Shown: positions 11,079 to 21,825, numbered from the stretch's first letter. The stretch: DNA of 64,000 nt from Pseudobdellovibrionaceae bacterium (GCA_039810425.1 JBDHWW010000001.1:64001-128000), one strand, 5' to 3'. The notes: generated from the letters alone by a model not told the origin. Made by a program: numbers and translations.

Positions 11079-12041
11079 TTACTCAGCAGAGTCGTCAGCC
11101 GCAGCTTCCGTGTTGTTGTTCTCAAGCTCAGCTTGGATTTCAACATCTTCAGCAGTACCAGCAGCAACAAGCTTACGAGCTTTCGTTGCTTTAACAACTG
11201 TCGGGCCAGCAGATTTCGCAGCCCCCTTAGGGGCCGCAGGGCCACCCGCAGCGCCTGGACGAGGCGCGCGTCGCTTAGGAGCTTCCTCTTTCACTTCGCC
11301 TTTTTCCTCTTTATCCAAGTCAGATTGTTTATCAGTCATAGTGCGAAGTTTTTGTTCCCAAGTTTTAGCACCCTCAAGGTAAGCATCAGCCACCATGTTA
11401 GCGAACAACTTGATAGAACGAATAGCATCGTCATTGCCTGGGATTGGGTATTGGATTAATTCTGGATCAGAGTTTGTATCAGCGATACCAACGACCGGGA
11501 TGCCCAAGCGAGTCGCTTCAGCAACTGCAATGTGTTCTTTCGGAAGATCTACGACGAACATCGCCGCCGGCATCTCTTTCATTTCACGGATACCGTTCAA
11601 GAACTCAGATAAACGGAGGTATTCTTTATCCAAACCAGCACGTTCTTTTTTCGTGAGGTACTTATCTTCGCCCTTTTCTTTCATTTGGTCGATTTTGCGC
11701 AAACGAGCTACAGAAGATTTAATAGTCTCGAAGTTTGTCATCATGCCGCCCAACCAACGCTTAGTAACGTAGTATTGACCACATTTTTGAGCAGCTTCTT
11801 GAACAGGCTCGATAGCTTGCTTCTTGGTTCCTACGAAGATCAGGCGACCGCCGTTAGCAGCGATTTCTTTTACGAATTCAGCAGCTTTTTGAGCGCGTAC
11901 AACAGTCTTTTGAAGGTCAATGATATGAATGCCTCCACGAGCCGTGTATACGTAGTTTTTCATTTTTGGGTTCCAACGCTGTGTTTGGTGTCCGAAGTGA
12001 ACGCCTGCGTCGAGCATCTCTTTCATGGTTACTTGAGCCAT
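11079..12041 (-). CDS. rpsB: 30S ribosomal protein S2 with a long low-complexity C-terminal tail
   Basis: [46 protein letters not shown] upstream of ATG 12041. Confidence 0.97.
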   Translation of the reverse strand: MAQVTMKEMLDAGVHFGHQTQRWNPKMKNYVYTARGGIHIIDLQKTVVRAQKAAEFVKEIAANGGRLIFVGTKKQAIEPVQEAAQKCGQYYVTKRWLGGMMTNFETIKSSVARLRKIDQMKEKGEDKYLTKKERAGLDKEYLRLSEFLNGIREMKEMPAAMFVVDLPKEHIAVAEATRLGIPVVGIADTNSDPELIQYPIPGNDDAIRSIKLFANMVADAYLEGAKTWEQKLRTMTDKQSDLDKEEKGEVKEEAPKRRAPRPGAAGGPAAPKGAAKSAGPTVVKATKARKLVAAGTAEDVEIQAELENNNTEAAADDSAE

Positions 12042-12316
12042 GGTCTCTCCTTTTATCTGGTTAGCCACCCTTTCGACAGAGCCTGCATCTCGTGAGAGGA
12101 GCTACAGGTATTTCCCATGTATTTAGCTTTTTAGCTGCGGGACCAGTACTTATCGAAAAGTGAGTTATAGTTGGCCATAGGGGATATCACGCTGTCCCAT
12201 CCGTGGGCAAGCAATATTCGTGAGCAAATCTAGGGCAGTTGCAGGATGCTTGAGCGCCAAAATTAGAATGAAAATATCAGCGCTAAAAATAGTTATTTTG
12301 AAGCGATATCAGCTAT

Positions 12317-14194
12317 TTAGGAAATGGCATTTTCAAGCAAAATTAGGACGATGCCGATGATAGAACCGCCGGCAATCACTCCTGCTGCCAAGGTCTCCTG
12401 ATTCTCGACGAAGGCGCGGTAGCCAACTGTCTTTTCGTCTTTGAATTTCTTGCGAGCCAGCCAGAACAGCAATGTGCCCAAAGCCATCGACCAAGAATCC
12501 GTGAAACGAAGTACAAAACCCAAACCAAGGCCCACGCCCGAAAGTGGGAAGCGGCCGCGAGTTTTCTTGTTCAAGAACTCAATCACGATTCCAAGTATGC
12601 CCCCGATCACAGCCGCAGCTTGAGCTGAGGGGTGGAGGTTGCCAAGTCCCTTGGTCAAAGCTTCTGCGACGCCTTTCCAGATGGCCGCACCTGGAAGGGG
12701 CAGCGAATCTGAGGTGAACAAAGAAATATCGCCGTGGAAAAGCGAGTAGAAAACCGGAACAGCCACAAAGGCACCGGCGAAAATCCCCAAAACATGGCCG
12801 ATGGCTTGATGGCGTGGTTTTCCGCCTAACATGTAAGCGGGCTTAATATCCATCAGCAAGTTGCTGGCATTCAGGGAAACTTCGGAGGTAATACCGGCGG
12901 TCATCAAGTTCGTTGTGACATTGCCCGGAGCAAGCACTCCATAGGTGATCTGCGTGAGTTTGCCCAGAGCACTGCCAGGAGTGATTGCCGTTAAACCCGT
13001 GGCTGTCACCGCAATCAAAGTGAATACGAAAACCAGCGGAATTGCCAACAACCCCAACCAGTAGTGAATGCCAAACCACACATGCCCGAGGTATACAACG
13101 ACGGCGCCAACGAGGGGAATGCCGACGGCAAAGATCCACATCGGCAATTCGATTTTAGCCAAGACATCATGCTGCTTGTGCTTTTCGCGTTTACCAAGGC
13201 TCTTGGTGAAGGCCTCAAGGATCATCTTTGGTTTTGCAAAGAATGAAAAAAGCGAAGAGGTCGTCATGATCGAGGCTCCACCCCAAAGGGCCCACATGGC
13301 GATTGCTTTGAACTTTGCCTCGGGAATCACACCGGCTTGAATCAGCAGAGGCGCACATAAGAAATAATTTATCAACCCGCCGATCAAAATCGACATCGAT
13401 GTTTTCATGCTCATAAGCCCGCCGGTTCCGAGCATAACAATTGAGGTGTCCCACTGAACAGTGAGATCCTTGAGGGGAGTGTTGAACACTCGTGGGGTCA
13501 CAAACTTGTAAATGAACTCATCCCAGTACTGAGGCAGTGCCAGGGCCTTCAACTTCAGGGCCGTCAAAATCGGCTCCGCTCTTAGCAATTCGATAAGGGC
13601 GGACAGTCCCGCGCCCGCGACCAGGAGTTTTGCTTTGAACACGCCCGAAGCCCCATCATCCGAATGCAAACTGTCTAGAACGACGCCGGACGCATATCCC
13701 TCAGGGAAGGGCATCTGTTCGTCGTTGATGAAGCGCTTTTTTAGAGGAAAGGCAAAGAGCACGCCCAAAATTGCAAGTGCAATGATCCACCAAATGGTTT
13801 GATACATCGGAATAATTTCACCGGTCACCATCATATAGGCTGGGATCGATGCCATCATGGGGGCTGTCATATAACCTGCGCTGGTTGCGATGGATTGCAT
13901 GGCGTTGTTTTCAAGAATCGTCATGTGCCTTCCGAGTTTGAGCTTGTCCAAAGCTTTAAAAAACGCGAACGACAAAATCACAGAAGAAATCCCCACGCCG
14001 AGGGTCCAACCGGTTTTGATTCCGATGTAAAGATTTGTCAGGCTGAGAATCCCGCCCAAAAGCACGCCGGTTAGAGCAGAGCGTAAAGTCAGTTGTGGCA
14101 TGTCGCCTTTGTAGACGTTGTTTAACCACCACGCATCTTTTTCTTCCAAAGACATTGTGTGGATTTGCTCTTCATTGAGTTCGTGAATAGACAC
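12317..14194 (-). CDS. OPT/YSL-family oligopeptide (or metal-chelate) transporter
   Basis: QLTLRS...NLYIGIKTGW, ILENNAMQSIATSAG, PFPEGYA and many hydrophobic segments. Confidence 0.9.
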   Translation of the reverse strand: MSIHELNEEQIHTMSLEEKDAWWLNNVYKGDMPQLTLRSALTGVLLGGILSLTNLYIGIKTGWTLGVGISSVILSFAFFKALDKLKLGRHMTILENNAMQSIATSAGYMTAPMMASIPAYMMVTGEIIPMYQTIWWIIALAILGVLFAFPLKKRFINDEQMPFPEGYASGVVLDSLHSDDGASGVFKAKLLVAGAGLSALIELLRAEPILTALKLKALALPQYWDEFIYKFVTPRVFNTPLKDLTVQWDTSIVMLGTGGLMSMKTSMSILIGGLINYFLCAPLLIQAGVIPEAKFKAIAMWALWGGASIMTTSSLFSFFAKPKMILEAFTKSLGKREKHKQHDVLAKIELPMWIFAVGIPLVGAVVVYLGHVWFGIHYWLGLLAIPLVFVFTLIAVTATGLTAITPGSALGKLTQITYGVLAPGNVTTNLMTAGITSEVSLNASNLLMDIKPAYMLGGKPRHQAIGHVLGIFAGAFVAVPVFYSLFHGDISLFTSDSLPLPGAAIWKGVAEALTKGLGNLHPSAQAAAVIGGILGIVIEFLNKKTRGRFPLSGVGLGLGFVLRFTDSWSMALGTLLFWLARKKFKDEKTVGYRAFVENQETLAAGVIAGGSIIGIVLILLENAIS

Positions 14195-14299
14195 TAGGGA
14201 CTCCTCAGCTCAGGCACTTTCATTTCAGAGCTATGCATCTAAGGTTTCAATTTCCAACTTTGGCGTTTGAAAAATGCATTTTATCAGGTTAAATGAGCC

Positions 14300-15268
14300 A
14301 TGCAATCTGTCTTACCAAGTTATTCGAGTCTTGAACACAGCAATCCGGCCCATGGGGAGTATGTCGTCATTAATTGGTGTCTAGGCAACACGTGCAATTA
14401 CGCGTGTTCGTATTGCCCCGAGGGATTACACAACGCATCTACCAAGTGGCCTTCAAGCGAAACAGTCATTCAGTTTATTGACCGCGCATTAGCTCATTAC
14501 AAAGGCAAAAAACTTTACTTTGAATTTACCGGCGGAGAAGTCACCTTGTGGAAGGACCTTGTCCCCGTGGCGACTTATCTGCGCTCAGTGGGTTGTAAGA
14601 TTGGGATCATTTCCAATGGATCTCGCTCGCTAGACTTTTTTGCGAGGATTGTAGAGAGCATTGATCATATTTGTCTCAGCTTTCACCCGGAAAGTGCTGA
14701 TAAAGAGCACTTTCATTCTGTCGTGGAGTATTGTGCCGAACGCGTCCGCACACACGTAAATTTCATGATGGAAATCACGCATTTTGATTCGACCATTGAG
14801 TTTTCAAAAAGAGTTAAAGATATTCCAAATATAAGTGTTGCCGTACAGCCTCTGGTGAAGGACTTGGTAGGTGAGATCTATCCATACTCAGATGCGCAGC
14901 TGCAAATGATGAACACTCAGCACGAATATTTAGTAAAGCATATTAAATATACCAGGTCCCTTGAATACTATCGGGGCGCGATGGCCATGGTTGATGATGG
15001 CGGTCGCAAAACAGTGATGGCACCACATCGGTTTATTTCCAGTGACAACAATAGTTGGCAGGGTTGGGAGTGTTATGTGGGCCTTGAGCAGATTGTCATA
15101 GATATGAAGGGCGTTGTTTATCGAGGTTGGTGCAAGGTCGGTGGAACAATAGGGCGGATTGATGATGTGAACTTAGCACTTCCGTCAAAGCCGATTCTTT
15201 GCAATAAGGAAAGATGCCACTGTAACTTAGACATTATGACAACAAAGAAAAAGAGATTGCATGTCTGA
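14300..15268 (+). CDS. Radical SAM protein with C-terminal twitch/SPASM-like auxiliary Fe-S domain
   Basis: CNYACSYC, FTGGEVT, ISNGSR; C-terminal WECYVG..IVIDMKG.VYRGWCKVGG..G...CNKERCHC. Confidence 0.88.
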   Translation: MQSVLPSYSSLEHSNPAHGEYVVINWCLGNTCNYACSYCPEGLHNASTKWPSSETVIQFIDRALAHYKGKKLYFEFTGGEVTLWKDLVPVATYLRSVGCKIGIISNGSRSLDFFARIVESIDHICLSFHPESADKEHFHSVVEYCAERVRTHVNFMMEITHFDSTIEFSKRVKDIPNISVAVQPLVKDLVGEIYPYSDAQLQMMNTQHEYLVKHIKYTRSLEYYRGAMAMVDDGGRKTVMAPHRFISSDNNSWQGWECYVGLEQIVIDMKGVVYRGWCKVGGTIGRIDDVNLALPSKPILCNKERCHCNLDIMTTKKKRLHV

Positions 15269-16289
15269 TATCAGCCCGGGGCGACCTCTCAGAGTTTACA
15301 ATCGTAGCGGAAATTTTTCCGATTTCAGCACCGATGAAATTGTCGGACGCAAAATGAATTTTTTTGAAGGCTGGAGCTGTGGCGTTGGATCTACAAACCT
15401 TTTTGTAGACATGGACGGAAATATTCATGGGGCCAGTTGCCGTGTAGGTGGAAAGCTGGGGAATATCTATGAAGATTTCGAAGTGCCAGAAAAGTGGCTT
15501 ATCTGTGAAAAGAAAACCTGTTCTTGCGGAGCCGATTTGTTTATTCCTAAAACAAAGACTCTGGAGGATCAGAGCCTTTTAGTTAAAACTAATTTTCAAA
15601 TTCCTGATCTGTCAAAACGGGTCGAAATTGATATCCCCGAAATGGTGGCGATGGAAAGGACACATGCTTCGGACCGTAAACAGGTTTATTGGGAGATTGG
15701 CCGTCGTTGTAATTATGATTGTTCATACTGCTGGCCGTTTATTCATAATAAAACAGACCGTCATAAAACTCTCACCGAATTAAAAAACGCCACGGACAAG
15801 GTCCTTTTAAAATTTGCTAAAGGGTCCAAAGTAAACTTTATAATTTCAGGTGGTGAGCCAACTTTGAATCCCGACTTTATGGAATGGGTGCGCTATATTG
15901 CTTCTCAGGGACATCATTTGAGTACGCATTCGAACGGAACACGGTTGCCTGATTACTATCGTGAATTGGTGCACTACGGAGATTTGAATCTGAGTGCCCA
16001 CTTTGAGTCTCTCGTGATGGACAAGTTCGTTCGCGTTGTAGCGGCCGTGACCGAAGAAAAAGTTAAAGTTCATAACCTAAATGTGGGTCATCTTGAGGTG
16101 AAGTTGATGATGGCCCCAGGAAAACGGGAAATGGCCCTGGAATTAGAAAGAAGGCTTCTCGCGATTCCGAACTTTAAGGAGTACTGTACTTGGGCATTTG
16201 TGCCTATTCGCAATGGTAAATTAGGCGATCAAGTCATGGAAGGTTACACCGAGGAAGATTTTAAGCTTTTCGGCGAGGGCGTCGTCTAA
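15261..16289 (+). CDS. Radical SAM protein with N-terminal (permuted) twitch/SPASM-like domain
   Basis: N-terminal WSCGVG..LFVDMDGNIHGASCRVGG.LG...CEKKTCSC precedes CNYDCSYC, ISGGEPT and HSNGTR; 8-bp overlap with the upstream gene. Confidence 0.88.
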   Translation: MSDISPGRPLRVYNRSGNFSDFSTDEIVGRKMNFFEGWSCGVGSTNLFVDMDGNIHGASCRVGGKLGNIYEDFEVPEKWLICEKKTCSCGADLFIPKTKTLEDQSLLVKTNFQIPDLSKRVEIDIPEMVAMERTHASDRKQVYWEIGRRCNYDCSYCWPFIHNKTDRHKTLTELKNATDKVLLKFAKGSKVNFIISGGEPTLNPDFMEWVRYIASQGHHLSTHSNGTRLPDYYRELVHYGDLNLSAHFESLVMDKFVRVVAAVTEEKVKVHNLNVGHLEVKLMMAPGKREMALELERRLLAIPNFKEYCTWAFVPIRNGKLGDQVMEGYTEEDFKLFGEGVV

Positions 16290-16350
16290 TCAGGGAATGG
16301 CAGGGAAGCTCTTTCATAAGAAAGAGTTGTTCTGTTTTTTTGTACAGCAA

Positions 16351-17700
16351 CTATTTAGCAGGCTGTTTTTTTAGATCTAAAGCTATCGAAATGAGCTCGT
16401 CGGAACCGAATCTTTTTATGATTTCCGCAGTTGCCGAAGCGGTCCCCTTTGGAAGTTTAAAGTCTTTGTAAGTTTCACGAATGGCTTGCATGAGCAAAGC
16501 CATTTCCTTTGATTTTTCAGCATAGATGGAAAGTTGCTTTATGTCAGAGGTGTACTTTGTGACGACAGCCGTTGGCCAGACCTCTGTAGGGCCTTTCAGC
16601 GTAAAGCAGGTAGAAAGCGTCATGAGATAAGAGTAAGGGTTGCTCATTTTCTCTTTCCCTAACAAATCAGTGCAGGCTTTAAAAGCCTCTTTTCTTTGAC
16701 CAAACCCGATTTGAAAACGGAGTTCTGACTTTAGCTTCGCATCAAGATGCTTTTGAAAATATGTTTCCAACGCCGGAGGCATCTTTTTCGTATAGAGCGC
16801 AGTCACTTGTTGCTTTTTTTTGTCGGCAACATAGCACTTTTGCAAAGCGACTTTTATTTTAAAATAGTACCTTTGGTAAAACTTGCTGTCTGCTGCGGTA
16901 TTAAGCAAAGGTGCTAGTTCATTTTCACAAAGCGCAAACTGACCCTTGAGGTAGTCTAGACGGGATTTGTGAACAATTATCCGATCATCACCTTTTTTTG
17001 CGATAGATTGCATCTTTTTAAAATTGGACTCATAGAGAGTGATATCATATGTACCATTCGGAAGATTGGCGATTTGATTCAGAGCTTCAAATTGATATGC
17101 GTTGCTGGGGTGTTTAGAAGCCGCCCAATCTAGTGAGGTTTTTAGCGCTTTTGAAAGTAGTCCCTGACTAATTTGAGAGTTGATGATTCCGCGCCACACC
17201 GTCCGCGCCGCCTTGCCATTTTCCATAAGCGGACTAACAAGACTGTAATAGGTCCAGTGAATTTCGGCAATATGAGGATCTTTCCGTTTACTTAAGTATT
17301 TTTTTACTTTTTTAAGCAGTGCTGATGCGCTCTTCTCGCTCAACTTAGGTTTTTTTGCTAAAAAATATTTACTCAGCTCGGGCAATTGTTTTATTGACGA
17401 AATTTCTGGAGGACTTTTGCCGATATACTGAGTGAAATCCAATTCTGTCTTATACGCGACAAGTTCAATGAGGTCACTGAGTCTTTTTTTTGTTGGCTGC
17501 TTGTCAGTATCTAAGGAGTTAACTTCTTTTTGAATCACTTGATTCAGCTCTGCTTTGTCGACAGGTTTGTTTGCGATGAGGCTCGCTTCGACACGTTCGC
17601 TAAACGTACTGGTGGTCGGTGTGGTACTCGGCTTTATAATTTGAGCGAATACCGTAGAAGCGCATATAGAAAAAACAAATAGTATGGTTAACTTTCTCAT
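16351..17700 (-). CDS. Secreted Lys-rich, probably helical-repeat hypothetical protein
   Basis: Long ORF; signal peptide MRKLTILFVFSICASTVFAQ followed by a PSTTPTTST linker; no recognised catalytic motif. Confidence 0.6.
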   Translation of the reverse strand: MRKLTILFVFSICASTVFAQIIKPSTTPTTSTFSERVEASLIANKPVDKAELNQVIQKEVNSLDTDKQPTKKRLSDLIELVAYKTELDFTQYIGKSPPEISSIKQLPELSKYFLAKKPKLSEKSASALLKKVKKYLSKRKDPHIAEIHWTYYSLVSPLMENGKAARTVWRGIINSQISQGLLSKALKTSLDWAASKHPSNAYQFEALNQIANLPNGTYDITLYESNFKKMQSIAKKGDDRIIVHKSRLDYLKGQFALCENELAPLLNTAADSKFYQRYYFKIKVALQKCYVADKKKQQVTALYTKKMPPALETYFQKHLDAKLKSELRFQIGFGQRKEAFKACTDLLGKEKMSNPYSYLMTLSTCFTLKGPTEVWPTAVVTKYTSDIKQLSIYAEKSKEMALLMQAIRETYKDFKLPKGTASATAEIIKRFGSDELISIALDLKKQPAK

Positions 17701-17812
17701 ATAGTCATTGGACCATAGATCCTTTTTGAAGCGCAATGGTTGGTTTCTAAAAGGGGCATATTGTGCGAAATACGAACAGAAGGCCGGTTGTGGACGTCTT
17801 TACATTACGAGC

Positions 17813-17843
17813 AAATTTCTCAATTAGGCGTATTGAGAAATTT
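17813..17843. repeat. Perfect 12-bp inverted repeat in an intergenic region
   Basis: AAATTTCTCAAT-taggcgt-ATTGAGAAATTT. Confidence 0.8.
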
Positions 17844-18071
17844 AATCCGCTTTTCTTAGACTGCTGGATACTAGATAGGCGTGCCCTTATTTATTTGCTT
17901 CAAGTTCAGGACCTGTCCTTGCGGCGCACCGTTTGCATGTTGTCGGAAAATTTTTTATCACTATCCTATTGATTACATTTATTTTTTGGAAAAGTAGACC
18001 CCTGACCTTCGATTCTATCTTCTGACAGTCGCAATACGGTGACGGAGAGCGGACGGTTACTATTTTATAGG

Positions 18072-21056
18072 CTAGTTACTAAACTTAGTCCGCGCTGAAA
18101 GATCGCCAAGTATCTTTCTTGCGGGCAGGCAATATTGGCTTCCTTTACTGCATAGCCAGGCAGCTATTTTTTTTGTTGCCAAGAGAACCTCTTTTTTTTG
18201 TATATCTTCAACGGGTCTCGTAAAAGAGTTCTTTACTAAAGAGCTTTTTCTTAGATTGAGAAGTTGGTTGGTTTCGAAATTCGGAACCTCCAATGCGTCA
18301 ACTCGTCGAAGTACAAAATTAAAAAAACCAATGTCGAGAGAGCTCGAATCGACAAGTATTTTCATGGTCATAAACAAAGATTCTTCTGAAGAGCCTTCTA
18401 AAAATGCTTTTAAACCTTCAAATCTCAGGCCGGCCATTTCATCGATAAAATTGTAACTGCGTTCGACTTTAAAATACTCGTCGATCTTTTTATACGCCTC
18501 GAGCGGGCTGGTGGCATATTTTTGCGAGATCCCCATTACTTCGCTAAGTTTGGTCTTTACTTGTGGCTTGGGAGTAGAATCCTTGTTAGGCGGTTCCTTT
18601 TCTGCTGTTAAAATATCATTGAGCTTATTTGCCTCTTCGTTTCTTCCTAGGGCGCGTAGACATTTCATTGCATTAGATCGATGCCTATGTGGCATCTCAT
18701 TGAGGTTTTTGTCTGAAATATAGCTTTTTAAAAACTCAGGTAGATTGTCGTTTTCGAAAATATTCGTATACGCGCACAGCAAGAGAGAATATGACATAAT
18801 ATATTTTTTAAGTAAGATGGAAGAGTCAGGGGCCTCCATTAATTTGTCAAAAATAGAAATCACATATCCATAGTCGTGAAAGGCATGAAGACATTCTAAA
18901 CCTTGGAAAAGGTACTGCCACTGAAAGTCTTTAATTTGATTTAAATCAAGGACTGGCGGGGAAAGTTCGGAAAACTTAGAGCAAGCCCCCACTTTTAACA
19001 GCCCGGCGTTAACATCTTTTTGTAAAGCCTCAGACATCTTTTTCCGCAAGAACTGATAGGTTTGATTTTCGGTTGTTTTGAGGTTTGTTATGCATTCCCG
19101 ATCACTCTCGACATTGCATAGAAATTCCTCCAGACCTGAATTTGCGGGATATATCGTGTAGCGAAAATTCTTGTAGTAAATGGCGCGCTGTTTTTGTTGA
19201 AGGATGGAAGGAAGAAATTTCGAATCCACGTAGATTCGTTTAGCGACCGGGCTAAATTGATAAACTCCGGCCATGCCGTTAAGAGGAGTTGTTATATACT
19301 GGCCGGCAAAGTTTCTGAATGGCCAAATCCCAGTCTCGACATAATAGCCACGGTCGTCACTACTTTGATGGAGATCTTCATCAAGAATATTCTGACCTTC
19401 CGAAGGGGTGCCTGGAAGGTCAGCTAGTTTTAGAATGGTGGGTATAATATCAATAGTTCCGATATTTTTGTCGTAATTTCTTTTCTTCAATTGGGGAGAC
19501 CCAATGCGGAAGTATGCGAGTTCTGCAGATCCGCCAAATATTAAGCTTCCGCCGTGCTCAACAAATTTCCTCTTGGGGAATTTTGCCCCTAAATCCCAAA
19601 GGTTTTCTCCGTGATCAGAAAGCAAAACAACAATGGCATTTTCGTTGAGTTTGCTTTTTTCTAATTGCTCCATAACCGGATTCAGAAATTTTTTTACAGT
19701 CATATTTACAGCTGAATTATAAATGGACCTATTAAAGCGCGCCTGTATTTTCCATTGATCCACTGTCAGATTTGGTATCAATGTACCATGTTTTTCCTTA
19801 TATGAAAAAGGCACCTTGGCATGTTCTGGAAAAGACTGTTGGGGATAGTAAGGATACGGAAGAATCCCTGGCCAGTGCATGGAACACGTGTGTATAAAGA
19901 GGATCTCCGGCGTGTCGGACTCAGCAACTCTGTTTAGTTCAGTTAAGACTCGACTCGTAAATTCTGGTAGGCTGTAAGAGAAAAAAAAAGCTGAGTTGCG
20001 CGCGAGTTCCGGAACAAAAAATCTTCCCATTGGATTATTAAATAGTCCAAAAACAATTCTGTTTTTGAAAAACGTGGAAAGAACCACATTGGCTGCGGCG
20101 TAGTCTGGAGCCTCGACCTCATCGAAAATTTTTCCGGCAGAGACATTGGCATATTCCATGGTATCAGCCATAAACTTAATTCTGTAACCGTTATGTTTAA
20201 AAACGCTGAGGGGGCTGTTCGCTAGCAATGCATCAGTATCAATTGCTTCTTGCGAAAGGTTTGACCTTACGCCACTGGTGACTGGATTAAGACTTGAAAA
20301 AATTGCGGAGATTGCCGCGTGAGTTTGGGGAAGAGGAGATATAACCCTTTTAAAGCGGGTGCTGTTAGAAAGATATTTGCGCAGCGATTTTGAAGCAGCG
20401 ATGTTCAGCTCAAGTTTAGAATCCCCTCTGAGCGAATCAACGGTTATAAAGATAATTTTAGGTTTTTTAGTAGATCTAGCTATGGAAGGATTCTTTATCA
20501 CTTTTGTCTCGGGATCTAACTCTTGCCAGTAAGCAAAGTAGCAAATGATCAGAATTATGGAAACCACCGAGGTGATGCACTGTTTTGGTGTCTTTTGAGA
20601 TTTTTTTAAAAAGCTGAGCAAATATATTGCCATCAATGCAAACGCAGGAAGCCAACGGATCCAAGGATAATCGAAAAAACACAAGTTTTTGAGGGCGAGG
20701 CTTACCCAGGGCATTTCATCGTAAACTTGAGGGTACTTGATGGCAATGAACAGGCAACCATAGGTCAGCCATAAAAAGTACTGGGTCTTCCGGTGCTTGA
20801 CGAAAAAAATCACTTCGAAGGTCCGGAGCAGGCATCCAAAACTAACATGGATCAAGAAGACTCTAAAAAAGAAAAACGCAACTGGGTAAATTATTTCAAT
20901 ATTGTTTGAGCTGGTTAAGCTGCCGACTCTCGTTGTAGTTAAAACTGAAAAACAAATATATGCGGAAAAAATCATTTCTACAATGAAGGTGATGGCGGAA
21001 AACTTAAACGCGCTTTCGAAACTCCCATCAGCTTTTAAGAAAAAACGTCTCATCAT
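18072..21056 (-). CDS. Membrane-anchored sulfatase-like (alkaline phosphatase superfamily) hydrolase/transferase with helical C-terminal extension
   Basis: About five N-terminal hydrophobic segments; IIFITVDSLRGD, SPLPQTHAAISAIFS, HWP, LLSDHGE, EHG, DIIPTIL. Confidence 0.8.
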   Translation of the reverse strand: MMRRFFLKADGSFESAFKFSAITFIVEMIFSAYICFSVLTTTRVGSLTSSNNIEIIYPVAFFFFRVFLIHVSFGCLLRTFEVIFFVKHRKTQYFLWLTYGCLFIAIKYPQVYDEMPWVSLALKNLCFFDYPWIRWLPAFALMAIYLLSFLKKSQKTPKQCITSVVSIILIICYFAYWQELDPETKVIKNPSIARSTKKPKIIFITVDSLRGDSKLELNIAASKSLRKYLSNSTRFKRVISPLPQTHAAISAIFSSLNPVTSGVRSNLSQEAIDTDALLANSPLSVFKHNGYRIKFMADTMEYANVSAGKIFDEVEAPDYAAANVVLSTFFKNRIVFGLFNNPMGRFFVPELARNSAFFFSYSLPEFTSRVLTELNRVAESDTPEILFIHTCSMHWPGILPYPYYPQQSFPEHAKVPFSYKEKHGTLIPNLTVDQWKIQARFNRSIYNSAVNMTVKKFLNPVMEQLEKSKLNENAIVVLLSDHGENLWDLGAKFPKRKFVEHGGSLIFGGSAELAYFRIGSPQLKKRNYDKNIGTIDIIPTILKLADLPGTPSEGQNILDEDLHQSSDDRGYYVETGIWPFRNFAGQYITTPLNGMAGVYQFSPVAKRIYVDSKFLPSILQQKQRAIYYKNFRYTIYPANSGLEEFLCNVESDRECITNLKTTENQTYQFLRKKMSEALQKDVNAGLLKVGACSKFSELSPPVLDLNQIKDFQWQYLFQGLECLHAFHDYGYVISIFDKLMEAPDSSILLKKYIMSYSLLLCAYTNIFENDNLPEFLKSYISDKNLNEMPHRHRSNAMKCLRALGRNEEANKLNDILTAEKEPPNKDSTPKPQVKTKLSEVMGISQKYATSPLEAYKKIDEYFKVERSYNFIDEMAGLRFEGLKAFLEGSSEESLFMTMKILVDSSSLDIGFFNFVLRRVDALEVPNFETNQLLNLRKSSLVKNSFTRPVEDIQKKEVLLATKKIAAWLCSKGSQYCLPARKILGDLSARTKFSN

Positions 21057-21076
21057 ACTTCCGTTGAAATAATTTT

Positions 21077-21823
21077 TCAGAGGTGTTCAGTCGCATTTTC
21101 GGGTGAGATTAAATGCTCGATATCTGCTGGTCCCTTGACGCTCACCATGAAAGTATATCTATCTGTTTTAGAGAGATTAATGACTGCATGTCTATAGCCG
21201 GTATTGAGAAAGTAGGCAATTCCCGGGCGCAAGTAGAAAGAATGAATTTCTTTTTTAACCCAAAATATATTCAAGCATTCTGGAGTGGAAATTATCGGTA
21301 GGATGATTCGGACTGCGTACGACGGGTCATAGTCAATATGTGGGGCAATACTCGCACCCGCGGGCAAGCGAACAAGTCTGATCCGAGTTGCTTCACCCTT
21401 TAACGGAGCAAGAATTTTGTCGAAAAGGAAACGGTGTTGCTCGTAAATCAGCGACTTCTTCGAGTAAGTTGCTTCATTGAACGGAGAGTTTGATTGAGCC
21501 GACAATTGCTTTCTCGTGCGAACGCCCTTTGAAACCCCCTCGGCTCTCAGTGTGTCATGGGCTTCCTTGCAACTGCTAAGGCTTACATTGTTTTGTTCGA
21601 TTTCCGACTCAGTTAAGGCCACTTGAAAAAAGTTTTCGTAAAAGACATCTTCAGTAAGTTGATGATTGATGCCACAAAGGCTTTTGTTGGCTTCAATGAC
21701 GGAAGTAAATTGATTTTGCAATTGATGAACGCAGTTTTTAAGCTCGGCTAGAGTCTCTTCCCCAAGGCAGAGATGATTAAGAACTTCACATGGTGGAAGA
21801 AGATGCTTAAGGCGCTTTTCCAT
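21077..21823 (-). CDS. Aspartyl/asparaginyl beta-hydroxylase-like 2OG-Fe(II) oxygenase
   Basis: RIRLVRLPAGASIAPHIDYD..RIILPI...YFLNTGYRHAVIN....R (HxD...H). Confidence 0.82.
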   Translation of the reverse strand: MEKRLKHLLPPCEVLNHLCLGEETLAELKNCVHQLQNQFTSVIEANKSLCGINHQLTEDVFYENFFQVALTESEIEQNNVSLSSCKEAHDTLRAEGVSKGVRTRKQLSAQSNSPFNEATYSKKSLIYEQHRFLFDKILAPLKGEATRIRLVRLPAGASIAPHIDYDPSYAVRIILPIISTPECLNIFWVKKEIHSFYLRPGIAYFLNTGYRHAVINLSKTDRYTFMVSVKGPADIEHLISPENATEHL

Positions 21824-21825
21824 AC

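Noticed and set aside
14300..16289. Prokaryotic viperin or MoaA
   Set aside because: Lacks the viperin N.H motif before the Cys triad and has extra Cys modules; no molybdopterin genes or MoaA C-terminal GG.
17763..17972. 69-aa ORF as RiPP precursor
   Set aside because: GTG start, no leader/core pattern, antisense to both neighbours and spans the inverted repeat.
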